Shown: piece by piece, positions 34,813-43,854 of the stretch | Layout of the letters: every line of letters begins with the position of its first letter | Numbering within the stretch: position 1 is the first letter of the stretch | Origin: Vicinamibacterales bacterium | GTDB taxonomy: Bacteria > Acidobacteriota > Vicinamibacteria > Vicinamibacterales > SCN-69-37 | Length of the DNA: 64,000 nt | Reading direction: 5' to 3' | Assembly: GCA_035519535.1 (NCBI GenBank) | Contig: DATIWF010000116.1 | Coordinates: forward strand, 2,953-66,952 | Position numbers and translations under genes: made by a program | The notes under the pieces: generated by a model | What the model saw: the letters and a program-made list of their open reading frames with translations, nothing else | What the model was told of the DNA's origin: nothing | The model's database searches: none

Positions 34813-36194
34813 GGCTCGGTCTGTTCGACGCGGCAGGCGAGCTCGCCTTCGGCGAGCGTCACCCGGACGCGGCCGCCGGGCTGAACCGTCCGCGCAGAGC
34901 GAATGATACTCGTCCGCGTCTCGTTCCAACAGACGGCGTAGCCGCGCGCCAGCACGCCGAGCGGGCTGAGCGCGTCGAGCCGTCCGGCGAGGACCCGCGC
35001 CCGCGTTTCTGCGGCGAGGCGGCGCCGGACGATGGATTCGCGCATCCGCCCGTCGGCGGCGACGAGCCGTGTGCGCAAGTCGGCCGTGACGTGGTGGACG
35101 TCGCGCCGCTCGAGCCGGCGCCGCAGCAGGTCGAACCGCTGCTGGTGCCTCGCGAGGCGGTCGGCCAGCGCGTGCCGAAGGCGCAGGCCGAGCTGATGGC
35201 GATCCCGGTCGCGCATGACGACCGCGACCGGCCACTGGCGAAGCCGCGTGCGGGCGCGATCGAGCGCCTGCGCCCGGCGTTCGGCGACCAGGTGAACGGC
35301 GCCGGAGAGGCGCGCGGTCGCGCGGTCGATCCGGGCGCGGAAGTTGTCGGCGCGATCGACCACGATCTCGGCGGCGTTCGAGGGCGTGGCCGCGCGGACG
35401 TCGGCGACGAAGTCGGCGATCGTGAAATCGACCTCGTGTCCGACCGCGGAAATCACCGGCACGGGGCACGCCGCCATCGCGCGCGCGAGGCGCTCGTCGT
35501 TGAACGCCGACAGGTCCTCGGCCGATCCGCCGCCGCGTCCGAGGATGATGACGTCGAGCTCGGGCACGCGCGCGATGGCCGCGAGGGCGCGGACGAGATC
35601 GCCCGGCGCATCGTCGCCCTGAACGCGAGCGGGACGAATCACGACGCGCGCCGACGGGTGGCGCGCGGTCAGCACGCGCAGGATGTCGCGCAAGGCCGCG
35701 CCATCGAGCGACGTCACGACGCCAATCCGCCGCGGCAACACCGGCAGCGGCCGCTTGCGCTCCGTGGCAAACAGGCCCTCGGCCTGGAGTTTGCGCTTGA
35801 GCTGTTCGAAGGCCGCCTGCAGGGCACCCAGACCCTGCGGCTCGATCGTCTCGCACACCAGCTGGTACTCGCCCTTGACCTCGTACACGCTCAGCCGGCC
35901 GCGGACGACGACGTGCATACCGTCCTCGGGGCGGAACTTGAGGAGCCGCGCCTTCATGCGGAAGATCACCGCGCGGATCTGTGCGTAGTCGTCTTTGAGC
36001 GTGAAGTAGATGTGCCCGGAGCTCCAGGCCTTGCAGTTCGAGAGCTCGCCCTCGACGGTCAGCCAGCCGAACGTGCCCTCGATCAGGTGCTTGAGATCGG
36101 CCGTGAGCTCGCTGACCGAGAGCGGCCGCGCCGGGCGCCGCCGCTCGCGACCGGCGTCCTCGTCCTCGAAGGGCAGGCCGGGCCGGTCGTCCAT
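34809..36194 (-). CDS. xseA: Exodeoxyribonuclease VII large subunit
   Basis: 461 aa with an OB-fold N-terminus (LSVSELTADLKHLIEG...VEGELSN) and the GRGGGSAEDLSAFNDE motif. Confidence 0.9.
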   Translation of the reverse strand: MDDRPGLPFEDEDAGRERRRPARPLSVSELTADLKHLIEGTFGWLTVEGELSNCKAWSSGHIYFTLKDDYAQIRAVIFRMKARLLKFRPEDGMHVVVRGRLSVYEVKGEYQLVCETIEPQGLGALQAAFEQLKRKLQAEGLFATERKRPLPVLPRRIGVVTSLDGAALRDILRVLTARHPSARVVIRPARVQGDDAPGDLVRALAAIARVPELDVIILGRGGGSAEDLSAFNDERLARAMAACPVPVISAVGHEVDFTIADFVADVRAATPSNAAEIVVDRADNFRARIDRATARLSGAVHLVAERRAQALDRARTRLRQWPVAVVMRDRDRHQLGLRLRHALADRLARHQQRFDLLRRRLERRDVHHVTADLRTRLVAADGRMRESIVRRRLAAETRARVLAGRLDALSPLGVLARGYAVCWNETRTSIIRSARTVQPGGRVRVTLAEGELACRVEQTEP

Positions 36195-37018
36195 CAGCGG
36201 GGCGTGGCGGGCGCGGCGACCAGCGTTTCGATCTCGCGGGCCGACAGATTCAGCCGCGAGATCGCCGTGGCCCGGCCCGTGGTTTCGTCGGCGGTGACCA
36301 GGACGGCGTTCAGCCTCGGATTCTCGGTCGCGGTCTCGAAGCGCTGCGGCAGCGTCGTGAGGAACCGCTGAATGACGGCGGAGCGCTCGACGCCGATCAC
36401 CGAATCATGCGGGCCCGTCATGCCTACGTCGGTGATGTACGCGGTGCCGGACGGGAGCAGGCGGTCGTCCGCCGTTTGCACGTGGGTGTGCGTGCCGACC
36501 ACGGCGGCCACGCGGCCGTCGAGATACCACCCCATCGCCGTCTTCTCGGACGTGGCTTCCGCGTGCATGTCCACGAAGATGAGCTTCGCCTGGCCGCGCA
36601 CGCGCTCGATCTCCTCCTGCGCGACGCGAAACGGATCGTCGATGGCGGTCATGAAGACGCGGCCCATGAGATTGATCACGGCCACCGCCACGCCGTTGTC
36701 GGCACGCGCGACGTAGGTCCCGCGGCCCGGCGCGCCCTCCGGCAGGTTCGCCGGGCGGAGCAGCCGCGGCTGGTCGTCGAAGTAGGGCACGATCTCCTTC
36801 TTGTCCCACGTGTGATTGCCGCCGGTCATCACGTGCACGCCGTAGGACAGCAGGTCGTCGGCGATGTCGGGCGTGACCCCGAATCCGGCGGCCGCGTTCT
36901 CGACGTTCGCGATCACCAGGTCGATCTGATGGTGAGCGACGAGCGCCGGCAGGCCACGGCGCACGAGCTCGCGCCCCGGCTTGCCGACGATATCGCCGAT
37001 GAAGAGAAGGCGAGTCAT
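36194..37018 (-). CDS. YmdB-like metallophosphoesterase (TIGR00282-type 2',3'-cyclic-nucleotide phosphodiesterase)
   Basis: MTRLLFIGDIVGKPGR...VIANVENAAAGFG...GNHTWDK...TGTHTHVQTAD. Confidence 0.88.
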   Translation of the reverse strand: MTRLLFIGDIVGKPGRELVRRGLPALVAHHQIDLVIANVENAAAGFGVTPDIADDLLSYGVHVMTGGNHTWDKKEIVPYFDDQPRLLRPANLPEGAPGRGTYVARADNGVAVAVINLMGRVFMTAIDDPFRVAQEEIERVRGQAKLIFVDMHAEATSEKTAMGWYLDGRVAAVVGTHTHVQTADDRLLPSGTAYITDVGMTGPHDSVIGVERSAVIQRFLTTLPQRFETATENPRLNAVLVTADETTGRATAISRLNLSAREIETLVAAPATPR

Positions 37019-37455
37019 CCGCGCTCCACCGGGACCGGCAGGATCTGACCGCGGCGGTCTTTGATCCGCGGGAGCACGACGCGCAGCTGTCCGCCCACGG
37101 CGATGGCCCGGGCGCGATTCGCGTCGAAGGCGCCACCCAGCCGCACGGCGCGCGCGAAGTGGCCGTAGCTCCGCTCCGCGAGATGAAAACGCGCGAGCGG
37201 ATGGACGGGCGGCGAGAGCTTGACGCCCACGACCAGCACCGTGTCGCGGCGCACGGCGACGCGCAACGACTCGGGCGGCACGCCCGGCACGTCCACGACG
37301 ACCTCAACGGCGTCGGCCGTTTCGAAGACGTCGAGGGGCGGCCGGCACTCCGCGGCGGCGCCCGCGGCGCCCGGGACGTCGTGGTCCAGCTCGACGAGGA
37401 GCCGCCGCGCCTCTTCGGCGAGATCGGCCGCATCCTGGGGGAGAAGGTCGCTCAC
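37015..37455 (-). CDS. Hsp20/alpha-crystallin family small heat-shock protein
   Basis: Alpha-crystallin domain PLDVFETADAVEVVVDVPGV...ERSYGHFARAVRL...GGQLRVVLPRI. Start is taken at GTG 37455, because track ATG 37539 lies inside the operator palindrome. The stop overlaps the ymdB-like ATG. Confidence 0.78.
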   Translation of the reverse strand: MSDLLPQDAADLAEEARRLLVELDHDVPGAAGAAAECRPPLDVFETADAVEVVVDVPGVPPESLRVAVRRDTVLVVGVKLSPPVHPLARFHLAERSYGHFARAVRLGGAFDANRARAIAVGGQLRVVLPRIKDRRGQILPVPVERG

Positions 37456-37513
37456 GCGCTTTCCATCATACAAGGCGGACGCGGTGAGGGGGCAGGCAGG
37501 CCGGGCCGTGCCG

Positions 37514-37540
37514 ATTATACATGAGCGTATTACGCTCATG
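37514..37540 (-). promoter_or_regulatory. Minus-strand promoter (-10 TATAAT) with perfect 10-1-10 palindrome as candidate operator
   Basis: TATAAT is the reverse complement of 37514-37519. The palindrome CATGAGCGTA-T-TACGCTCATG at 37520-37540 occupies the spacer, and TTACAT lies about 18 nt upstream. Confidence 0.5.
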
Positions 37541-37548
37541 TAATATTA

Positions 37549-37577
37549 TTGACTAAGACTAATTAATAGGCTATATT
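37549..37577 (+). promoter_or_regulatory. Sigma70-type promoter TTGACT-N17-TATATT for the plus-strand hsp20
   Basis: Read directly within a roughly 60-bp AT-rich island in an otherwise very GC-rich sequence. It lies about 68 nt upstream of the start codon. Confidence 0.55.
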
Positions 37578-37644
37578 CGTGCTCGTTGGTGCGACCGGCT
37601 GGGCTGACCGGCGGTCGTGCCGGACCGATTGCAGGAGGCCAGTT

Positions 37645-38073
37645 GTGACCATGACCTTGACCCGTTGGAGTCCCTTGAGCGATCTCGCCGCGCTCGAGGT
37701 CAATCGTTTGAACCGCATGTTTGAGACGGCGTTCGTGGGCCCGAGCTGGGTGCCCGCGACCGACATCTACGAGACCGCCGACCAAGACGTCGTCGTGAAG
37801 ATCGAGTTGCCGGACGTGAAGCGCGAGGACATCAAGGTGACCGTCGAGAACGACACGCTCACCATCGCCGGCGAGCGCAAGTTCGACGCGTCGGTGCCGC
37901 GCGAGCAGTACCAGCGCCTCGAGCGTGGCTATGGCAGCTTCGAGCGCAGCTTCGCGCTGCCGACGACCGTCGACGCCGGCCGCGTGGCGGCGGCCTATCA
38001 GGACGGCGTGCTGACCGTGACGCTGCCGCGGCGTGAGGACACGCGTCCGCGCCAGATCCCCGTCAACGGCTGA
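37645..38073 (+). CDS. Hsp20/alpha-crystallin family small heat-shock protein
   Basis: GTG 37645 (AGGAGG 6 nt upstream) or ATG 37651. WVPATDIYETADQDVVVKIELPDVKREDIKVTVENDTLTIAGERK...ERGYGSFERSFALP...DGVLTVTLPR. Confidence 0.85.
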   Translation: MTMTLTRWSPLSDLAALEVNRLNRMFETAFVGPSWVPATDIYETADQDVVVKIELPDVKREDIKVTVENDTLTIAGERKFDASVPREQYQRLERGYGSFERSFALPTTVDAGRVAAAYQDGVLTVTLPRREDTRPRQIPVNG

Positions 38074-38158
38074 CGCTGCGCGCGTCCACGGCGGCCGGAC
38101 AGCTCGGGTGTTCCAGGTTGCCCGGCTGCCGGAGACGCGCTACTCTCGGATCGAAGCT

Positions 38159-38410
38159 ATGAGCGACGAGTCTGCCCCTCAGGACCACGCACCGGCGGCT
38201 CCGACCGAGCCGGCGCCCCCCATCGAAAGTCGTTTCTTGTTCGTTGACGTTGCGTCGTTGCGGGCGACGCAGCTCCGCCGCGGCGCCCGTATCCGCCTGC
38301 ATCAGGGAGAAGGCCGCCGCATTCCCGAGCGCCTCGAGCGGGCGGCGATGGACGAAGTGCGTCAGGGACTCGTGTACTACACCGTGCCCGACACGCCCTC
38401 GGCCAAGTAG
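38159..38410 (+). CDS. rpoZ: RNA polymerase omega-subunit-like protein
   Basis: 83 aa. SRFLFVDVASLRATQLRRGA...ERAAMDEVRQGLV matches the omega pattern (NRF.LV..A..RA.QL ... A..EI..G.I). The N-terminus is unusually Pro/Ala-rich. Confidence 0.65.
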   Translation: MSDESAPQDHAPAAPTEPAPPIESRFLFVDVASLRATQLRRGARIRLHQGEGRRIPERLERAAMDEVRQGLVYYTVPDTPSAK

Positions 38411-38415
38411 AGACG

Positions 38416-38436
38416 CTCGCCGGGCGGAACCCGCCC
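38416..38436 (+). terminator. Perfect 9-bp hairpin after the rpoZ-like gene
   Basis: GCCGGGCGG-AAC-CCGCCCGGC lies 6 nt after the stop. There is no clear U-tract. Confidence 0.4.
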
Positions 38437-38479
38437 GGCCAATCCATCGTCCTAGATCTGACAGCGTCGCTCGCGCGAG

Positions 38480-38839
38480 GTGCCCATGGGCGTGGCTCTT
38501 CTGGCTCTGGTCGTGATTGGTGGCTTGGCGATGCTGGCGATCGGCGCGGTGGCCTGGCTCGTCATCCGCGGGCTCGTCTGGCTGGTGCTCCTGCCGTTCC
38601 GTCTGGCGTTTGCCCTTCTCGCCGTGCCGATCTTCCTGCTGAAAGTCGTAGTTCTGGCGGTCGTGGGTCTTGCGCTGCTTGCGGTCCTTGCGGTGCTCGC
38701 CGCCGGGGGGCTCGCCGTGGGCCTCGCCCTCGCCGTGGGCCTGCTCATTCCGCTTCTGCCCCTGCTCTTCGTCGTCGCACTGACGTGGCTCATCGTCCAC
38801 CTGATGCGACGTCCGGCCGGGATTCAGGCCCGGTCGTAG
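38480..38839 (+). CDS. Small hydrophobic protein (about 4 TM), unknown function
   Basis: 119 aa, nearly all L/A/V/G, with a coding-like GC3 pattern. The 3' end overlaps the convergent gatA by 16 nt. It could be spurious. Confidence 0.45.
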   Translation: MPMGVALLALVVIGGLAMLAIGAVAWLVIRGLVWLVLLPFRLAFALLAVPIFLLKVVVLAVVGLALLAVLAVLAAGGLAVGLALAVGLLIPLLPLLFVVALTWLIVHLMRRPAGIQARS

Positions 38840-40323
38840 GCGCCCGACGCTTCCCCCGGATGCGCGTCCTTCCACGGGGTCGCCTGCTCGTACGCGGCGG
38901 CGACCCTGAACAGCATCGCTTCGTCCCACGCGCGGCCGATCAACTGCAGGCCGATCGGCAGGTGCGCCTCTGAGAATCCGCAGGGCACGCTGATCGCCGG
39001 CAGGCCCGCGAGGGGCGCCGTGACGGTGAAGACGTCGGCGAGATACATCTGCAGCGGATCCGCGGTTCGTTCGCCGAGGCGGAACGCCGGCGTCGGGCTC
39101 GTCGGCATCACGACGGCATCGACCGTGGCGAACGCCTGATCGAAGTCGCGCCGGATGAGTGTCCGCACCTGCTGCGCCTTCAGGTAGTACGCGTCACAGT
39201 AGCCCGCCGAGAGCACGTACGTGCCAAGCATGATGCGGCGCTTCACTTCCGCGCCGAAGCCTGCGCTGCGCGTCCGGTCGTACATCGCGTCGAGCGACGA
39301 GGCGTCGCCGGCGCGGAGTCCGTAGCGCACGCCGTCGTAGCGCGCGAGATTCGAGCTCGCCTCGGCCGTGCACACGAGGTAGTAGACCGCGATGCCGAGC
39401 CCGCTGTGCGGCAGATCGACGGGCCGCACGTCCGCGCCGAGGCGCGCGAGCACGCGCACGCTCTCGTCGAAGGCCGCGCGCACCGCCGGGTCGAGGCCCG
39501 AGGCCAGCACGCGCTCCGGGACCCCGACGCGCACGCCGCGCAGGTCGCCCTCCGGCGCCGCCGCCAGCGATGCAAACGGCGGGACCTTCTGATTCGCGGC
39601 GGTCGCATCGCGCTCATCGGCGCCGCTGATCACCTCGAGGCACAGCGCCGCGTCGGCGACCGTTCGCGCGAACGGGCCAATCTGGTCGAGGGAGGACGCA
39701 AACGCGATCAAGCCGTAGCGCGACACGCGGCCGTACGTCGGTTTGAGGCCGACGATGCCGCAGAGCGCCGCGGGCTGGCGAATCGATCCCCCGGTGTCCG
39801 AGCCGAGCGCGAGCGGTGTCATGCCGGCGGCGACCGCGACGGCCGATCCGCCGCTCGATCCGCCCGGCGCGCGATCGAGCGCCCACGGATTGTGCGACGG
39901 GCCGTACGCCGAGTTCTCCGTGGACGACCCCATGGCGAACTCGTCGCAGACGGTCTTGCCGACGATCACGGCGCCGGCGCGCTCGAGCCGCTCGGCCACG
40001 GTCGCGTCGAACGGCGATACGTAGCGCTCCAGGATCCGCGATCCGGCGGTGGCCGGCACGCCGCGCACGACGATGTTGTCCTTGAGGGCGATGGGGACGC
40101 CGTGGAGCGGTCCGCCGGGGGGCGCCTGCCGGTCGAGCGTCCGCGCGCGTTCCAGCGCGCGATCCGCGGCGACGTGCTGAAACGCGTGCAGCGGCCCGTC
40201 GGTGGCGGCGATCCGGTCGAGCGCGTGACGGCACGCGTCCTCGGCCGACATCTCGCGACGCCCGATGGCCTCGCGGATCGCGGTCGCCGAGGCGAACGCG
40301 TCTCTCAACGGGCCCGCGCTCAC
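38824..40323 (-). CDS. gatA: Glutamyl/aspartyl-tRNA amidotransferase subunit A
   Basis: GTG 40323 overlaps the gatC stop (GTGA). The amidase signature [14 protein letters not shown]...[16 protein letters not shown] is present. Confidence 0.93.
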   Translation of the reverse strand: MSAGPLRDAFASATAIREAIGRREMSAEDACRHALDRIAATDGPLHAFQHVAADRALERARTLDRQAPPGGPLHGVPIALKDNIVVRGVPATAGSRILERYVSPFDATVAERLERAGAVIVGKTVCDEFAMGSSTENSAYGPSHNPWALDRAPGGSSGGSAVAVAAGMTPLALGSDTGGSIRQPAALCGIVGLKPTYGRVSRYGLIAFASSLDQIGPFARTVADAALCLEVISGADERDATAANQKVPPFASLAAAPEGDLRGVRVGVPERVLASGLDPAVRAAFDESVRVLARLGADVRPVDLPHSGLGIAVYYLVCTAEASSNLARYDGVRYGLRAGDASSLDAMYDRTRSAGFGAEVKRRIMLGTYVLSAGYCDAYYLKAQQVRTLIRRDFDQAFATVDAVVMPTSPTPAFRLGERTADPLQMYLADVFTVTAPLAGLPAISVPCGFSEAHLPIGLQLIGRAWDEAMLFRVAAAYEQATPWKDAHPGEASGAYDRA

Positions 40324-40616
40324 AACACCTTTGGCACGCGGAATAGACCGGCGTCCCGGCTGGCGTCCGGGGCGTTGGCGAGCGCCGCCTCGCGATCGAG
40401 CGGCGGCACCGGTGTGTCGGGCCGCCAGACCGTCCCGGCCGCGATCACATGCGACGTCGGCGCCACGTCGGTCGTGTCGACGCGCTGGACCTCCTCGGCG
40501 TACGTGAGAATCTCGCCGAGCTGACGCGCGAACAAGTCGACCTCGGCCTCGGAGAGCTCGAGGTGCGCAAGCCGTGCGATGCGCAACACGTCGGCGCGCG
40601 TGAGCGTGGACGCCAT
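40320..40616 (-). CDS. gatC: Glutamyl/aspartyl-tRNA amidotransferase subunit C
   Basis: 98 aa. [39 protein letters not shown]. Confidence 0.9.
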   Translation of the reverse strand: MASTLTRADVLRIARLAHLELSEAEVDLFARQLGEILTYAEEVQRVDTTDVAPTSHVIAAGTVWRPDTPVPPLDREAALANAPDASRDAGLFRVPKVL

Positions 40617-40760
40617 CGCTCAGGATGCTAGCATGGTGGGTCTGATGGTGTGCGCGCGCATCGGTGTGGTCGTGGCTGCCGGGCTGCGGCGCGTGCGGCC
40701 GCAATCGCTGGGCGCCCGGGGCCTGGACGGGCACCGGGACCGCTGACGCTCGCCCCCCGC

Positions 40761-41441
40761 ATGGACGTGTTTCTAGTGCCGCTCGGGCCGGATCGCCACG
40801 AGCTCTACTGCGAGCCCGTCGCCTCCGAGCCGGCTCCAGCGGAGGACGGTGGCGCGCGATCGATCTGGCGACGCGTGACCGACACCTTCCGGCGGGCGGT
40901 GAAAGAGGGCGAAGAGGCGCGTCACCAGACTGCCGCGCCGCACGCGCCGCCGCGTGGCCGCATCCGGCGCTGGCTCACCAGACGTCTCGCCGAGGCCGTC
41001 GCCGAACAGCGCCTGCTGTGGCGCCTGCGCACCGAGCCGGCGGCGACGCTCATCCATCCCGACGACCTGGCCGAAGGACGGGCCCGCGATCTCACTCACG
41101 CCTCCCTGCGATCCGACCTCGACAAGCACCGGCTCTGGTGTGTGATTGACACGGCGCTGGCGGTCGCGGCGGCGCCGCTCACGGTGATCCCCGGTCCGAA
41201 TCTGCCCGCGTATTACTTCGTCTTTCGCGCGGTCGGGCACTTTCTGTCGATGCGCGGCGCGCAGCATGGGTTGAGCGGCGTCGCCTGGACGTGCCGGCCC
41301 TCGACGCCGCTCACGACGCTCCGCGCCATCGCGGGCCTCGACGACGAGGCGCGCGCGGCCCGCGTCGACGAGGTCGGCGCGGCACTCGGCCTCGAACACC
41401 TCGCGCGGCTCGTCGAGGGCGCGTCCGCGCGTGAGTCCTGA
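40761..41441 (+). CDS. Hypothetical protein with central hydrophobic hairpin
   Basis: ATG at 40761, 226 aa. GC3-rich frame with TM-like [37 protein letters not shown] recognise no family. Confidence 0.55.
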   Translation: MDVFLVPLGPDRHELYCEPVASEPAPAEDGGARSIWRRVTDTFRRAVKEGEEARHQTAAPHAPPRGRIRRWLTRRLAEAVAEQRLLWRLRTEPAATLIHPDDLAEGRARDLTHASLRSDLDKHRLWCVIDTALAVAAAPLTVIPGPNLPAYYFVFRAVGHFLSMRGAQHGLSGVAWTCRPSTPLTTLRAIAGLDDEARAARVDEVGAALGLEHLARLVEGASARES

Positions 41442-41470
41442 CGGATCGCGGATGCTATACTCGCGCCGCC

Positions 41471-42496
41471 GTGACGCTCGCTGATCTGGCCCGAGAGCTC
41501 GGGTGCCGTCTCGACGGCGACGGCACGATCGACGTCGTGCGCGTCGCGGGCATCGAGGACGCGGGCCCCGGGGAAGTCACCTTTCTCGCCAATCCGAAGT
41601 ACGCGTCGAAGCTGGCCGCGACCCGCGCGTCGGCGGTGATTGCGGACGCCTCGGTCACGTCGGCGCCGTGCGCGATCCTTCGAACGCCGCAGCCGTACCT
41701 CGCGTTTGCCGCGGCGGTCGGCTTGCTCACGCCGCCGGCGCGGCTGGCGCCCGGCATCAGTCCGCTCGCGAGCGTGGACCCGACGGCCGAACTCGGAGCG
41801 GGCGTGACGATCGGGCCGTTCGTTACGATCGGCCCGCGGGCCGCCATCGGGGCGCGCACGGTCGTCAGCGCGCACACGTCCATCGGCGAGGGCGCGTCGC
41901 TCGGCGCCGATTGCCTGATTCACACGCACGTGTCGATCCGCGAGAACGTCACCATCGGCCATCGCGTCGTCGTCCAGGACGCCGCGGTGATCGGCAGCGA
42001 CGGGTTCGGCTTCGCGCGCCGCCCGGACGGCACGCACCAGAAGATCCCGCAGGTCGGACGCGTCATCGTGGAGGACGACGTGGAGATCGGGGCGCACACG
42101 GCGATCGATCGTCCGGCCGTGGGCGAGACGCGGATCGGCGCGGGCACGAAGATCGACAACCTCGTGCAGGTCGCGCACGGCGTGAAAATCGGCCGCAACG
42201 TGCTGCTCGCGGCCCAGGTCGGCATCGCCGGCAGCACGTCGCTCGCCGACGACGTGATGATGGCGGGGCAGTCGGGCGCGACGGGCCACATCCATCTCGG
42301 CCGCGGTGCCATCGTCGGCGCCAAGTCGGCAGTCACGAAGGACGTGGAGGACGGCCAGCATGTGGCCGGCATTCCCGCCGGGGACGCGGCCGAGTGGCGC
42401 GAATCGGCCGTGCTCGTCCGGCGGCTGCCCGAAGTCCGCCGGCTCCTGGCTGACCTCGAAGCGCGGCTGGCGGCGCTCGAGGCCAAGGTGAAATAA
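41471..42496 (+). CDS. lpxD: UDP-3-O-acylglucosamine N-acyltransferase
   Basis: 341 aa with left-handed beta-helix hexapeptide repeats. N-terminal LADLAREL...FLANPKY and C-terminal coiled coil. Confidence 0.92.
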   Translation: MTLADLARELGCRLDGDGTIDVVRVAGIEDAGPGEVTFLANPKYASKLAATRASAVIADASVTSAPCAILRTPQPYLAFAAAVGLLTPPARLAPGISPLASVDPTAELGAGVTIGPFVTIGPRAAIGARTVVSAHTSIGEGASLGADCLIHTHVSIRENVTIGHRVVVQDAAVIGSDGFGFARRPDGTHQKIPQVGRVIVEDDVEIGAHTAIDRPAVGETRIGAGTKIDNLVQVAHGVKIGRNVLLAAQVGIAGSTSLADDVMMAGQSGATGHIHLGRGAIVGAKSAVTKDVEDGQHVAGIPAGDAAEWRESAVLVRRLPEVRRLLADLEARLAALEAKVK

Positions 42497-42504
42497 TCGG
42501 TCGA

Positions 42505-43854
42505 ATGCTCCGCAAGACGCTCAGCGCGCTGATCGTCGTCGGCGCCGTCGTGCTCGTGTCGAGCGCCGGTCCGGCGACGGTCATCCGGCCGACCCGCTTC
42601 GACTACACGATGGCGACGCTCCCAAACGGTCTGCAGGTCGTGTACCTCGAAGACCACTCGACGCCCATCGTGCACCTCGCGATGTGGTACCACGTGGGAT
42701 CCAAGGACGAGAAACCCGGCCGGACGGGCTTCGCGCACATGTTCGAGCACCTCATGTTCAAGGGCTCGAAGAACGTGCGGCCCGACCAGCACCCGTCGCT
42801 CATCACGAGCGTCGGCGGCCAGTCCAACGCCTCGACCGACGAGGACGCGACCCAGTACTGGGAGACCGTGCCCGCGCAGTACCTGCCGATGGTGCTGTGG
42901 CTGGAGGCGGACCGGATGGCGTCGCTCGACGTGAGCGAGGAGAAGTTCACGACCGAGCGCGAGGTCGTGAAGGAAGAGCGGCGGATGCGGTACGACAACC
43001 CGCCCTACGGGCTGCTGCCGGAGGTGATCTTCGACAAGGCGTTCACGACGCATCCGTACAAGCACCAGACGATCGGGTCGATGGCGGACCTCGAGGCGGC
43101 GTCCATCGACGACGTGCGGGCGTTTCACGACACCTACTACGTTCCGAACAACGCGACGGCGGTGATCGTCGGCGATTTCGACACGGCGCAGGCCAAGGCG
43201 CTGGTCGAGCAGTACTTCGGGCCCGTGCCGCGCGGCAAGCCGGTGCCCCGCGAGATTCCGCAGGAGCCGGCGCACGCCGCCGAGTCGCGCTTCACGGTGA
43301 CCGAGCCGTGGCCGCTGCCGGCGGTGGTCGTGTCGTACCACATCACCTACGACGGGCATCCCGACTCGTATCCGCTCCACATCCTGGCGAAGATCCTCTC
43401 CGACGGCGACAGCTCGCGGATCTACCGGTCGCTCGTCTACGAGAAACAGATCGCGCTGGCGGCGTTCGGCGAGGCGAAGCTCATCGAGCACCCGAATCTG
43501 TTCTATGCGGTGGCGATCGTCCAGCGCGGCCACACGCCTGAGGAAGTGCAGGCGGCCCTCCAGCATGAGCTCGACCGCGTGAAGACGGAGGGCGTGACCA
43601 CCGACGAGCTCAACCGCGCGAAGCGGCAGTTCGCGCGCGACTACATCTTCAGCCGCGAGACCGACCAGCAGAAGGCGCTGCAGCTGGCCCATGCGGTGGT
43701 CATTCACAACGACATCAAGACGGCCGACGGCGAGTTCGATCTGTTTCAGAACGTCACGGTGGCCGACGTGCAGCGCGTCGCGCGCACGTATTTCACGCCG
43801 GAGTCGCGCATGCTGCTGACGTTCCTGCCGGGCGCCGCGGGAGCCGGACGATGA
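42505..43854 (+). CDS. M16 (pitrilysin) family zinc peptidase, active subunit
   Basis: Signal peptide plus the inverted zinc motif HMFEHLMFKG (HxxEH) and downstream EREVVKEE. Confidence 0.9.
   Translation: MLRKTLSALIVVGAVVLVSSAGPATVIRPTRFDYTMATLPNGLQVVYLEDHSTPIVHLAMWYHVGSKDEKPGRTGFAHMFEHLMFKGSKNVRPDQHPSLITSVGGQSNASTDEDATQYWETVPAQYLPMVLWLEADRMASLDVSEEKFTTEREVVKEERRMRYDNPPYGLLPEVIFDKAFTTHPYKHQTIGSMADLEAASIDDVRAFHDTYYVPNNATAVIVGDFDTAQAKALVEQYFGPVPRGKPVPREIPQEPAHAAESRFTVTEPWPLPAVVVSYHITYDGHPDSYPLHILAKILSDGDSSRIYRSLVYEKQIALAAFGEAKLIEHPNLFYAVAIVQRGHTPEEVQAALQHELDRVKTEGVTTDELNRAKRQFARDYIFSRETDQQKALQLAHAVVIHNDIKTADGEFDLFQNVTVADVQRVARTYFTPESRMLLTFLPGAAGAGR

Noticed and set aside
37456-37539. Track start ATG 37539 for the minus-strand hsp20
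   Set aside because: That ATG lies inside the operator palindrome, downstream of the only good -10 by about 20 nt or less, and adds a non-conserved Cys/Ile-rich extension. GTG 37455 gives an Hsp20 of normal length. The true start remains uncertain.
38063-38929. 288-aa minus-strand ORF rich in Arg/His/Gln/Glu
   Set aside because: It has low-complexity composition, lies antisense to the rpoZ-like gene and the small membrane ORF, and overlaps the gatA 3' end. It has no motifs.
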